64,000 nt of DNA, taken from positions 32,001 through 96,000 of the forward strand of contig CAVSHB010000003.1 of assembly GCA_963727775.1 (NCBI GenBank), read 5' to 3'. Position numbers and translations under genes: made by a program. The stretch comes from an uncultured Nitrospiraceae bacterium. GTDB lineage: Bacteria > Nitrospirota > Thermodesulfovibrionia > Thermodesulfovibrionales > SM23-35. A model generated the notes under the pieces. It was not told the origin of the DNA. It did not search any database and saw only the letters and a list, made by a program, of their open reading frames with translations. Position 1 is the first letter of the stretch. Each line of letters begins with the position of its first letter. Positions 23,109 through 33,113 of the stretch are shown piece after piece.

Positions 23109-25241
23109 ATGACGGAAGAACCTGTAACCATTGATGCCCTAATTAATAAGGTCCTTTCTTATCATCCTGACGCTGATGTCGAACTCTTGAAGCGCGCTTA
23201 TATTTTTTCGAGTGAAGCTCATTGCAGCCAAAGAAGAGTTGAAGGCTCCCCTTATATCGAACATCCCTTGGCCGTCGCGTCTCTCCTTGCAGACATGAAG
23301 ATGGACGTTTCAACCATTGCGGCAGGGCTTCTTCATGACACAATCGAGGATACGGGGACCACAGTAAAAGATATTAAGGGACTGTTCGGCAAAGAGGTCG
23401 CATTCCTTGTTGAGGCCATGACAAAGCTCTCAAAAATAGAACTCATGACAAAGGAAGAGGCACAGGCGGAAAACTTCAGGAAGATGTTGCTGGCCATGTC
23501 GGAAGATGTCAGGGTGATACTGATAAAGTTTGCCGACAGGCTCCATAACATGCGCACATTACAGCACTTGCCGGAGAACAAGCAGCAGAGGATAGCATTG
23601 GAGACACTTGAGATTTACGCCCCGATAGCAAACAGGCTTGGTATCGGTTGGATGAGGACCGAACTTGAAGACCAGAGCTTTAAATTCCTCATGCCGGAAC
23701 TCTATAACGAGCTTGTCAGGAAGGTTGCAAAAAGAAAAGAGGAGCAGGAGGCTTATTTACGCGAGGTTACGGAGATAGTAAACAATAAGCTGAAAGAAGA
23801 GGGCATACTCGGTAAGGTGTCATGGAGGATCAAGCATTACTATGGTATTTATCAGAAGATGCAGGCGCAGATGATTACATTCGAGCAGGTACATGACGTC
23901 CTCGGCCTGAGAATTATTACCGACACAAAGGCAAACTGTTATGCCATTCTCGGCCTTATTCATTCCCTCTGGACGCCTGTGCCGGGCAGGTTTAAAGATT
24001 ATATAGGAGTACCGAAATCGAACATGTATCAATCTCTGCATACAACAATTATCGGACCCAAAGGGGAAAGGGTCGAATTTCAGCTCAGGACGGCAGAGAT
24101 GCATATGATCGCGGAACACGGGATAGCCTCCCACTGGAAATACAAGGAAAAAGGAAAGGTCGATGAAAAAAGCGACAGGTATATCTCGTGGCTAAGGGAA
24201 TTAATACAGGGGCAGAAAGAACTTAGTGACGCAAAGGATTTTCTTGAGGCGGTAAAAGGCGAGGTCATACCGGAAGCCCTTTATATCTTTACTCCGAAAG
24301 GACTGATAAAAGAAATGCCTTTAGGCTCAACTCCGGTGGATTTCGCCTACAGCATTCACACCGAGGTAGGCAACAGATGTGTAGGGGCAAAGGTGAACGG
24401 AAGGATCGTGCCTTTGAGATTTATTTTAAGGAACGGCGATACCGTTGAAATAACAACCTCTTCAACGCACGGACCGAGCAGGGACTGGCTCAAATTCGTT
24501 GTCACACAACGCGCGAAGAGCAAGATAAAACAGTGGATTAAGGCAGAAGAGCGGAAACAGAGCATTGAACTCGGACAGAAGCTTTTCGAAGGAGAGCTGC
24601 GGAGACATGACCTCGGTCAATCTGTTCTTAAATCGGAAGACATGCAAAAAGTTTTGAAATTTTTTGCTGTCCAGTCAATGGAAGACCTTTACGCCTATAT
24701 CGGTCACGGGAAATTATCGGCACACCAGATCATCAACAAATTAGTTCCTGAAAAATCCGTGGAGGAAACTCCTGTTGCTAAAACTGCAAAGCCCCCAAAA
24801 GAACAAAAAGGAATAATGATAAAAGGAGTAGATAATGTCCTGTACCATACGGCTAAATGCTGCTTCCCTATCCCGGGTGACGGCCTTATAGGGTTTGTTA
24901 CAAGAGGGAGGGGCGTTACCATTCACCGAAAAGATTGTCCGAACCTCGATAGGTCGGCGGTTGATGACGCAAGGATTGTCGACGTTGATTGGAAAACAAC
25001 AGGCGATGCCACATCGCCTGTGCGGTTGATAATTGAGACGGTCGACAAACCCGGTGTGCTCGCAAGCCTTAGCGCGCTCATATCATCAGTAAACGTAAAT
25101 ATCAGCCAGATAGAAGCGACCTCATCAGAGGACAAAAAGGCGCGCATCACATTTATCCTCGCCGTTAAGGATAAGACCCAGCTTTCAGGCTTAATTCATA
25201 AGATTGCACAGACCGAGGGAGTCCTGAAAGTCAGCAGGTAA
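23109..25241 (+). CDS. rel: Bifunctional (p)ppGpp synthase/hydrolase
   Basis: HD domain (LLHDTIED), YQSLHT, TGS (FTPKG), CC and ACT domains. Confidence 0.96.
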   Translation: MTEEPVTIDALINKVLSYHPDADVELLKRAYIFSSEAHCSQRRVEGSPYIEHPLAVASLLADMKMDVSTIAAGLLHDTIEDTGTTVKDIKGLFGKEVAFLVEAMTKLSKIELMTKEEAQAENFRKMLLAMSEDVRVILIKFADRLHNMRTLQHLPENKQQRIALETLEIYAPIANRLGIGWMRTELEDQSFKFLMPELYNELVRKVAKRKEEQEAYLREVTEIVNNKLKEEGILGKVSWRIKHYYGIYQKMQAQMITFEQVHDVLGLRIITDTKANCYAILGLIHSLWTPVPGRFKDYIGVPKSNMYQSLHTTIIGPKGERVEFQLRTAEMHMIAEHGIASHWKYKEKGKVDEKSDRYISWLRELIQGQKELSDAKDFLEAVKGEVIPEALYIFTPKGLIKEMPLGSTPVDFAYSIHTEVGNRCVGAKVNGRIVPLRFILRNGDTVEITTSSTHGPSRDWLKFVVTQRAKSKIKQWIKAEERKQSIELGQKLFEGELRRHDLGQSVLKSEDMQKVLKFFAVQSMEDLYAYIGHGKLSAHQIINKLVPEKSVEETPVAKTAKPPKEQKGIMIKGVDNVLYHTAKCCFPIPGDGLIGFVTRGRGVTIHRKDCPNLDRSAVDDARIVDVDWKTTGDATSPVRLIIETVDKPGVLASLSALISSVNVNISQIEATSSEDKKARITFILAVKDKTQLSGLIHKIAQTEGVLKVSR

Positions 25242-25328
25242 GCTTTACAATCCTGAGGGTCCTTAATAAAGCTTTGATGGGCACTAATATACTATATAAG
25301 TCCTTATTATGATATAATAATTACCATA

Positions 25329-26063
25329 GTGGCAGATTTAAGGATTGGGTGCAGCGGTTTTCTCTACGATCATTGGAAGGGGAGCTTCTATCCGGAAGAT
25401 TTCCCGAGAAACCACTGGCTTGAATATTACAGCAAACACTTCTCAACAGTCGAGCTTAATGTAACATTTTATCGGCTTCCCGAAAGGGAGGCATTCGCAA
25501 AATGGTATTTATCCACGCCTGAGGGTTTTCTCTTTTCCGTAAAGGGCAGCAGGTTTATCACCCATGTAAAAAAGCTCAAGGACTGTGAAGAGCCTCTCGA
25601 GGCTTTTTTTTCACGGGCGTCGGTACTAAAAGAAAAATTAGGCGTTATTTTATGGCAGTTCCCTCCTACCTTCAATTTTGATATAGACCGCTTCAAAGAG
25701 TTCATCGAAGCACTGAAACCATATCGCATGAGAAATACATTTGAATTCAGGAACAAGACCTGGATTAACAAAAAGATTTTTACTTTGCTTGAAAAAGAAA
25801 ATGCCGCGCTGTGCATGGCAGATCACCCTGAATTTCTGAATAACCTGCCGCTCACCGCTGACTTTGTCTATATAAGGAGGCATGGAACAGAAGGAAGTTC
25901 CGCAACATCATACAGTCCTGAATCACTGAAGGAAGACACAAAGTTTATTAAGGAGCATTTGAAAAAGAAAAAAGACATCTTCATTTATTTCAATAATGAT
26001 GCCTTTGGTTATGCTCCCAAAAATGCCGAAGAATTAATCAGCCTCATCGACAAAAAGAAATAG
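25329..26063 (+). CDS. DUF72 protein
   Basis: IGCSG, VELNVTFY, QFPP, EFRN, YFNND. Confidence 0.9.
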   Translation: MADLRIGCSGFLYDHWKGSFYPEDFPRNHWLEYYSKHFSTVELNVTFYRLPEREAFAKWYLSTPEGFLFSVKGSRFITHVKKLKDCEEPLEAFFSRASVLKEKLGVILWQFPPTFNFDIDRFKEFIEALKPYRMRNTFEFRNKTWINKKIFTLLEKENAALCMADHPEFLNNLPLTADFVYIRRHGTEGSSATSYSPESLKEDTKFIKEHLKKKKDIFIYFNNDAFGYAPKNAEELISLIDKKK

Positions 26064-26064
26064 G

Positions 26065-27012
26065 TTATTTTGCCCAGTCCATCCTGTAATTTTTTCTTTT
26101 ATATAAATATTTCTCGGCCGACAGCGCTGCGAGACAGCCCTGAGATGCGGCAACAACAACCTGCCTCACCTCCGTGCATGTTACATCCCCAGCTGCAAAA
26201 ACCCCCGGCGCAGACGTCTCCATCATCTTTCCGACAGGAATACAACCGTCCGCTTCAGTCTCTATAGCGCCGTAAAGAAAATCTACTACAGGCTTATTCC
26301 CGTGAAGATAGACAAAGACCCCGGACAGTTCTAATTCCGCCTCTTTTCCTACAGAATCATGCATTTTTATTTTTTCAACCAGTTCGGCCCCCTCAATGGA
26401 TGTAACAGTATGACCTAACAGCACCTTTATATTAGGTTCTTTAAGGACCGGATCATCATCCACATGAAGTTTTGGAGCAGGAGATATGAGATACACGGTC
26501 TGTGCAGATCTCGTAAGCACCCCGGCCTCTTTTATGGCCTCTTCAGAGTTGCCGATAACACAGACTTTCAGTCCTCTGTAGAACGCCGCATCACATATGG
26601 CACAATAACTGACCCCTTTGCCCAGGAATTCAGCTTCTCCTTTGATGCTCGCTTTCCTCCCCATAGAGCCGGTAGCTATAATTACCGTTTTCCCTCTATA
26701 AGAACCGTCCATAGTGACTGCTTCTTTTATTTCGTCAGTGAGATTCACTCCTATAATCTGTGTTTCTACATATTCCGCTCCGAAATCTACCGCCTGTTTC
26801 CTCATTATATCGAGCAGATTTTTCCCCGGCACAGGGTGAGTAAGCCCCGGATAGTTTTCAATCCTGCTTGAGAAGGCCAGGGCGCCGGCAGTCGGCGATT
26901 TATCAATAATGACTGTCTTTAACTTAGCCCTTGACGCATACTGGCCGGCTGTCAGTCCGGCAGGCCCTCCCCCGATTATGACAACATCATAAATGTCCGA
27001 CGTTTCCTGCAT
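26065..27012 (-). CDS. trxB: Thioredoxin reductase-like flavoprotein
   Basis: GGGPAG, ENYPG, GVSYCAICD, GVFAAGD. Confidence 0.88.
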   Translation of the reverse strand: MQETSDIYDVVIIGGGPAGLTAGQYASRAKLKTVIIDKSPTAGALAFSSRIENYPGLTHPVPGKNLLDIMRKQAVDFGAEYVETQIIGVNLTDEIKEAVTMDGSYRGKTVIIATGSMGRKASIKGEAEFLGKGVSYCAICDAAFYRGLKVCVIGNSEEAIKEAGVLTRSAQTVYLISPAPKLHVDDDPVLKEPNIKVLLGHTVTSIEGAELVEKIKMHDSVGKEAELELSGVFVYLHGNKPVVDFLYGAIETEADGCIPVGKMMETSAPGVFAAGDVTCTEVRQVVVAASQGCLAALSAEKYLYKRKNYRMDWAK

Positions 27013-27044
27013 TCAATTCTCCTTTAAGCCGAGGTCTGAATTAT

Positions 27045-27863
27045 CTATCCCAGCAGAACATCCAGAAGCCTGTCAAGTTCCTCAAGGGAATAATATTCGA
27101 TCTCGATCTTGCCCTTCTTGCCCTTATTTATTATCCGGACTTTGGTGCCGAGATTTCTTATCAACTTCTCCTCCAGCGATGAAACCTGGGGGTCCTTGGC
27201 TGTTTTAGCCTTAAGGGGCGCGGGGACCTTTCTGGACAATATCTCGGCTTCCCTGACACTAAGCCCGTTTTTGATAATTCTTCTTGCGGCATCCAGCTGG
27301 CCGGCCTTTCCTTCTATCGCAAGCAGCGCCTTTGCATGCCCCATACTGAGAGAACCATTGTAAATGAAAGATTTCACTTCCTCAGGCAATTTTAAAAGTC
27401 TGAGATAATTGGCAACCGTAGCCCTATCCTTTCCCACCCTCTCAGAAAGGTCTTCCTGGGTCAGGTTAAATTCTATAATCAGCCTGCTGAAGGCCTCAGC
27501 AGCCTCAATGGGATTAAGATCTTCCCTTTGGATATTTTCTATGAGCGCTATTTCGAGCGAGTCTTTGGAGGATATATTCTTTATCAGCGCCGGCAATTTT
27601 TTCAGACCTGCAAGTCCCGCAGCCCTCCATCTGCGCTCACCGGCGACAAGCCTGAAGCTGCCGTCTCCGGCACGCGAAACGATCACTGGCTGCAATACGC
27701 CTCTTTCTTTTATCGAGGCCGCAAGCTCCCTGAGGGAATCGTCCCTGAACATCTTTCTCGGCTGTTGTTCTCCCGGGAAAATGCGTTCAATATCCAGATA
27801 GACGATCTCGTCACCCTTTTCGGGTATTAAAGATTCAAGTCCTTTGCCCAGCGCCGTTTTCAT
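27045..27863 (-). CDS. parB: Chromosome partitioning protein ParB
   Basis: MKTALGKGL start, GERRWRA, ENIQREDL. Confidence 0.95.
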   Translation of the reverse strand: MKTALGKGLESLIPEKGDEIVYLDIERIFPGEQQPRKMFRDDSLRELAASIKERGVLQPVIVSRAGDGSFRLVAGERRWRAAGLAGLKKLPALIKNISSKDSLEIALIENIQREDLNPIEAAEAFSRLIIEFNLTQEDLSERVGKDRATVANYLRLLKLPEEVKSFIYNGSLSMGHAKALLAIEGKAGQLDAARRIIKNGLSVREAEILSRKVPAPLKAKTAKDPQVSSLEEKLIRNLGTKVRIINKGKKGKIEIEYYSLEELDRLLDVLLG

Positions 27864-28614
27864 GCAGGATCTCCTTTGCAAGTGACAGATAACTCTGCGC
27901 CCCTTTTGAGCGGATGTCATATAATAGCACAGGTTTCCCGTAACTTGGCGCTTCTCCGAGTGTAACATTTCTCGGGATTACTGTATCGTAGACCTTGTCT
28001 CCAAAATGTTTCCTGACCTCCCTTTCGACCTCCTGGGAAAGATTATTTCGTGGATCGAACATGGTAAGGAGTATCCCCTCAATTTCAAGGTTCGAGTTCA
28101 GGGAACCCCTCACGAGGCGCAAGGTCTTTGTTAAATGCCCGAGCCCCTCAAGGGCATAATATTCGCACTGTACGGGAATAAGCACAGAGTCGGCAGCAAC
28201 CAAAGCATTCAATGTGAGCAGGCCGAGAGAGGGCGGACAGTCTATGAATATGTATCTATATCTCTCCCTGATCGAATTTATTACACTGCTTAATATATGT
28301 TCCCGTCCTTCTTTTCCGACAAGTTCAACCTCAACGCCCAGGAGATCTATTGTTGAAGGTATAATGCTGAGATGTTCCATTGCCGTCGCTATTAAGGCTT
28401 CGCTGATTTCACATTTTCCGGAATACACATCATACAGGCTCAGGGCAAGGTTGTCTCGTGAAATACCGAGACCTGATGTCATGTTTCCCTGGGGGTCCGT
28501 ATCTATAACGAGGATGTCCTCCTCCGCGAGGGCAAGTGATGCGGCAAGATTAATGGCAGTCGTAGTCTTCCCCACTCCGCCTTTCTGATTGACTATTGTG
28601 ATAACTTTCCCCAT
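27835..28614 (-). CDS. parA: Chromosome partitioning ATPase ParA/Soj
   Basis: NQKGGVGKTT, DPQGN, DCPPSLG, EAPS. Confidence 0.96.
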   Translation of the reverse strand: MGKVITIVNQKGGVGKTTTAINLAASLALAEEDILVIDTDPQGNMTSGLGISRDNLALSLYDVYSGKCEISEALIATAMEHLSIIPSTIDLLGVEVELVGKEGREHILSSVINSIRERYRYIFIDCPPSLGLLTLNALVAADSVLIPVQCEYYALEGLGHLTKTLRLVRGSLNSNLEIEGILLTMFDPRNNLSQEVEREVRKHFGDKVYDTVIPRNVTLGEAPSYGKPVLLYDIRSKGAQSYLSLAKEILHENGAGQRT

Positions 28615-28704
28615 GGTTTTTTGCAGGTAAGAACTTCTTATTATAACAATAATACCTCTATAAGATTGCGTTCAGGATTCGGTTATCCACAGCAAGTGAC
28701 ATGG

Positions 28705-29055
28705 TTAATCGGCTTCCTGCTTTAAAATCTCTTTTATTTGTTTCCGTAACCTGGGCAGGTCTTTTTTGGAGATGCTCCAGACTATCTTATAATCGATGCC
28801 GAAATAAAAATGAATGAGTTTATCCCTTAAGCCCCCAATCTTCTTCCACGGCACATCGGGATATTTCGCTTTAAACGTGGCTGTTATATTCTTCGCCGCT
28901 TCACCAATCACCTCAAAATTGCGAACAACGGCATCCTGAGTCTTCCTGTCCTCAAGTAACTTTTGATAGGTAAAGCCCTTCGTGTAAAGGATTACCATTT
29001 CAGCCGCTTCCTGAATGTCACCGAGGAAATCCCTATCTCTCCTCTTCTTAGACAT
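28705..29055 (-). CDS. DUF86/HepT-like HEPN toxin
   Basis: AVVRNFEVIGEAAK, RDKLIH.Y (RX4H) motif. Confidence 0.88.
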   Translation of the reverse strand: MSKKRRDRDFLGDIQEAAEMVILYTKGFTYQKLLEDRKTQDAVVRNFEVIGEAAKNITATFKAKYPDVPWKKIGGLRDKLIHFYFGIDYKIVWSISKKDLPRLRKQIKEILKQEAD

Positions 29056-29389
29056 AGATCATACTCTTTTCAATATCTTCCGCGATGTGCTTATATCTCG
29101 GATTATTAAAGCTTCGTTTATAGTGATCCAGCGTTGCAATATCGACTTCTCTGCCCAATTTTTCTTCAAGTATGTCGGCAAGTTCGACGAATTCAAGTCC
29201 TAATGCCTTGCGGAGGTCAACAAGGATATCGACGTCGCTTTTTTTCTTCGGGCTTCCCTTCGCAAAAGAGCCATACAGGACAATTCTTTCAACGCCGTAT
29301 TTTTCTTTCAGATAGGGCAGTTCTTTTTTTAGGATTGAAATTACTTCTTCACGCGTCAGTAAAGTTGCTCTTTTCGGTCGTTTTTTCAC
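29048..29389 (-). CDS. MntA-like minimal nucleotidyltransferase antitoxin
   Basis: GSFAKG..SDVDILV; overlaps the HEPN gene. Confidence 0.88.
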   Translation of the reverse strand: MKKRPKRATLLTREEVISILKKELPYLKEKYGVERIVLYGSFAKGSPKKKSDVDILVDLRKALGLEFVELADILEEKLGREVDIATLDHYKRSFNNPRYKHIAEDIEKSMIYV

Positions 29390-29620
29390 TGAAAAAACCT
29401 CCTCTCTTCATCAATCGCCAACCTAATCGCCAACCTAATCACCAACTCAGGCAAGTAGAATCTGATATTACGCCCTCTACCCTCCGATTGTGCTGGGTTT
29501 AGAAAGCGAGTTTTCATTAAGTTCTTTGTTAATCGTTGCCATAGTCTTTCTCCTTTCTTATACCTTAATATTATAAGACTGTTCCTTTCCCGCTGTCCCG
29601 CCCCATGCGGTATTTGATGT

Positions 29621-29740
29621 TTACTCCTTTCCCCACACCTCTGCACTTATCCGTTCAAGTTGCCCTTCCTTATAAATCCAGGATTCCATCGGTTCCTTGA
29701 AGGGATTATTTAGGATCGGATCGTCAACGGCAAGTGACAT
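29621..29740 (-). pseudogene. N-terminal stub resembling a type III restriction (Res) subunit
   Basis: MSLAVDDPILNNPFKEP..W resembles the 'PILNSPF.EP..W' start of Res proteins; second copy at 28658-28702. Confidence 0.5.
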
Positions 29741-29801
29741 GGTTATTCAGATTCCTTGGCGTCTTTATGTCGCCTTTATGAGGTCTTCGTAGTGATATAA
29801 A

Positions 29802-30917
29802 TCATCCTTTTCCCTCCAAAAGATGTAATGCGCTGATTTTTCTTGCAAGTTCCTTTTCCGTAGGAAGAGCAAGTTTGTATTTTGAAGCAAATATTTTATT
29901 GTTCAAATTCCCCAGAACATATTTTGCAAAGACTTCATCTTATTTAGCGCACAAAATAAGACCAATGGGGTCATTTTCATCATTCACTTTTTCATTTTCC
30001 TTAAAATAATTCAGATAGAAATTCATCTGTCCGATGTCTGAATGATCAAGGTCATCTATTTTCAGGTCAATAAGAACCGTACATTTCAAAATACGATTAT
30101 AAAAAACAAGGTCAACGTAATAATGCCGGTTGCCCACAGTAATTCATTTCTGACGAGCAACAAAAGCAAACCCTTTGCCCATTTCCAATAAAAATTTCTG
30201 AAGGTTATCTATTATTGCCTGTTCAAGTTTGCTTTCCGTGTACACATTTTCCTCTTTGAGGTTCAGAAATTCCAGAACATAAGGGTCTTTTATGGCGTCT
30301 TCAGGAGTTTCAATAATATGCCCTCTTTTCGCGAGCTTCATTACAGCCAATGAGTCTCTGCTCAGCGCCAATCTTTCAAAAAGCTGTGAGTTTATTTGCC
30401 GTTTGAGTTCCCTGAAAGACCAGTTATTATTTAGGGCTTCTTTTTCGTAAAATGAACGGGCAAGGGGATGTTCGACACTCAACAGTTCGCAGTAGTGGGA
30501 CCATGAAAGCTGGGGGTCGAATTCGACAGACGGTGTCTGTCGAGACGATTTACGAGACACCGTCTCGGATTTTAAAGATTTGGCAGACACTGTCTGCGGA
30601 ATTGATGATTTTCCAGACACTGTCTGGAATTTTTCTAAAAACTCCGAATAAAACTGTCTCATAAGAAATAAGTTGCTTTTGCTGAAGCCTCTGCCGAATT
30701 TTTCGGTCATGTCTTTAGACAATCGAATTATCAGTTCTTCTCCATACGCTGCACGGGTTTTCCCTTTTTGCTCAAATTCCACAATCTCTCTGCCGATCTC
30801 GTAATATGCAAGCACTTGAGCCTTGTTGATCTGCCGAGCAGCGGTTGCCCTTGCAGAATGGATTATTTCAGCAAGACGCTTTATCAGAGATGTGTATCTG
30901 TTAAACCCTATTTTCAT
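29802..30917 (-). pseudogene. DUF1016/YhcG PD-(D/E)XK nuclease, inactivated
   Basis: LSWSHY, KDPY.LEFL, FLLEMGKGF, DL.FY, QMNFY, ASKY motifs in one frame, interrupted by TGA (30144-30146) and TAA (29940-29942). Confidence 0.88.
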
Positions 30918-30984
30918 GGTCTAAACCTTAATCCCGTCTCTCAATTGCTGCTCGATCTTTTCGGATGCCTTTCGTCATATCTGA

Positions 30985-31407
30985 TTATTGGGATGTGTCT
31001 CTCTTTTTCAAGAAAACGAATATTTTCTTTAACATTTTTGTCTTGTTAAATCCCTGACCATATTCCTTAGTCAGTTTTTTGGACAGTTCATCAATAATTG
31101 ACGCGCCATAATCGGCTCTGTGCCTACCGCTCTGTTCCCCTTCCACTATTTCCACGCCGATATGCCAATATGCTTGAACCATAGCAAAATTTGCAACCCT
31201 ATAAGCGCCACTTCTTGCGCTCTCAAGAATCTCCCTGACGCGTCTGTATATTGATCCTACTTTTTCCTTGTCTTCTATTGGGTTTGGCCTTGAGGTATCA
31301 TAAGAAGAGAATCCGACAGGAACGGCGTTCTTGCAGGTTTCGGTTTCGTGTTTATAGGCTTCTACATTCTCATCGGCAGAGTCTTTTCTCTTCCTCCCCT
31401 TCTCCAT
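30985..31407 (-). pseudogene. Chimeric remnant: type III Mod-like N-terminus fused to a DUF1016 N-terminal fragment
   Basis: VEAYKHE.ET.KNAVPVG..YDT followed by MVQAYWHIG.EIVE.EQ.G..RA.YG; truncated. Confidence 0.6.
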
Positions 31408-31650
31408 ATCGCTCCTTATCAAGGCTTACTATTGTGATAAGTATAAAATATTTTCGTTTAAATTAATTGCCCTCTGCTCCTGCCCCGTCTAATTCTCCTT
31501 GCCAATCCACATGAGTTCATATTTTTAAGGTTTAGCCATGCCGTTTCCTCATCTTTATAGAATGTTTCTTCAAACCGGTCGGCCCCTCGTCAACCGGAGC
31601 CTTAAATTTGATGTTTTGTCCTCTCTTCAAGATCACAAATTGTGATAAGG

Positions 31651-32055
31651 TTACCCGATCCATTCTACCTTCACATCTTTTGCAGTCTTTTTGAATTCAG
31701 GGTCTCCTGTTACCACCTTGCACTTTTTCATGATACCAAGTGCAGCAGCGAAACAGTCTGCATAAGGAACCGCATATAACGCTTTTAGTTTGGCAGCCTC
31801 TATGGTAATAGGTTTGTCAGCGTCAATGATTGTGATGGGAAGCTGCTCAATGATAAACTTTATCTCCCGGGCCTTTTCAATCCCTCGCTCCCTATAGGTG
31901 TTATAGTATATCTCTCCGAAATTTATCACCGATAAATAGAGTTTCGTCTTCCCGTCACGGGCCGATTTCAATATGCTCCTGACCTTCTCTCCCCCTGCTT
32001 CGTCTTCAAAATGTGCAAGCAGTGCATAGCTATCAAGAACATAAGCGCTATCCAC
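31651..32055 (-). CDS. VapC-type PIN toxin
   Basis: VLDSYA, E.YY, YADCF, VTGD.EF. Confidence 0.9.
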   Translation of the reverse strand: MDSAYVLDSYALLAHFEDEAGGEKVRSILKSARDGKTKLYLSVINFGEIYYNTYRERGIEKAREIKFIIEQLPITIIDADKPITIEAAKLKALYAVPYADCFAAALGIMKKCKVVTGDPEFKKTAKDVKVEWIG

Positions 32056-32281
32056 GCTTTGCCTCTTCTTCTCTATCTTTCAAGAGTGCTTTTAATATAG
32101 AGGGTTTGCCTTTCAGCATCCCCTTTGACGCCTCTATCGGATCTTCAGGCAGGGGCCTTATGATAATGACATTATCTTCGCCTTCATAGATGCTAACCTT
32201 GCTTCCTTTCTTGATATTGAATTTTTTCCTGAGATCAGCGGGTATTACAACCTGCCCTTTTATGGTAGCTTTAGCTATCAT
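32048..32281 (-). CDS. AbrB/MazE-type antitoxin
   Basis: KGQVVIPADLRKK; overlaps the PIN gene. Confidence 0.9.
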   Translation of the reverse strand: MIAKATIKGQVVIPADLRKKFNIKKGSKVSIYEGEDNVIIIRPLPEDPIEASKGMLKGKPSILKALLKDREEEAKRG

Positions 32282-32495
32282 GTTATCCCTCCATATATTT
32301 TGTTATAACATTATACTAAAAAGTATACCTTCGCTTCAATGATTTTTTCTCTGAATCCAACAATATTGCGGTTACGTATTTGTGATATAATTTCTTGAGA
32401 AGAGAGGGGATAGAATGCCGTGTTACCAATTATTTTTTCAATTTTAACAGCGCTTCTGCCTGTCACCGCGATGGCAGGGGAAAAGGGGGATAATA

Positions 32496-33110
32496 ATGGT
32501 AAAAGACATCCACTGGCTCGGGCATGATACGTTTAAGATTATCGGGGAAAAGGTCATCTACACCGACCCGTTCAAGATCAAAAAGAACGACAAAGCGGAC
32601 ATTATTTTAATAACCCATGAACATTATGACCACTGCTCTCCAGATGACGTAAAATTAATCCAGGGGCCAAATACCGTCATCGTCACGACCGCTGACTGTG
32701 CAAAAAAACTGTCGGGTCATATAAAGGTTGTAAAACCCGGGGATAAGATTAATGTCGAGGGCATCGATGTCGAAGTAGTGCCATCCTATAACACAAACAA
32801 GCAGTTCCATCCTATGGCGAACAGCTGGGTCGGATATATCTTCACAGTAAACAAGCAGCGGATTTATATAGCAGGCGATACTGATCGTATACAGGAGATG
32901 AAGGACTTCAAAGCGGATATCGCGCTCCTTCCCGTCTCCGGCACGTATGTAATGACCGCAGAAGAAGCTATACAGGCAGCGCTTGATATTCAGCCCAAAA
33001 TTGCCGTACCGATGCACTATGCGTCGATTATAGGCTCAGAGAAAGACGCGAGAAGATTCGCTGACGGACTAAAAGGAAAGATAGAAGTAGTGATACTGCC
33101 CAAAGAATAA
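32496..33110 (+). CDS. MBL-fold metal-dependent hydrolase (UlaG-like)
   Basis: WLGH, THEHYDH, AGDT, PMHY. Confidence 0.88.
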   Translation: MVKDIHWLGHDTFKIIGEKVIYTDPFKIKKNDKADIILITHEHYDHCSPDDVKLIQGPNTVIVTTADCAKKLSGHIKVVKPGDKINVEGIDVEVVPSYNTNKQFHPMANSWVGYIFTVNKQRIYIAGDTDRIQEMKDFKADIALLPVSGTYVMTAEEAIQAALDIQPKIAVPMHYASIIGSEKDARRFADGLKGKIEVVILPKE

Positions 33111-33113
33111 TAT

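Noticed and set aside
28683..28691. Perfect DnaA box TTATCCACA upstream of parA
   Set aside because: Single box lying in an RM-gene stub; no box cluster or unwinding element seen, so not called oriC
29413..29447. 12-bp tandem repeat aatcgccaacct x~3
   Set aside because: Probably a leftover coding repeat of a decayed gene; no supporting structure
30144..30146. In-frame TGA as selenocysteine or recoding
   Set aside because: Falls at a usual Arg position, the gene has a second TAA stop, and TGA is a normal stop elsewhere in the window
28640..32300. Integron cassette array
   Set aside because: No recognisable attC palindromes or IntI in the window
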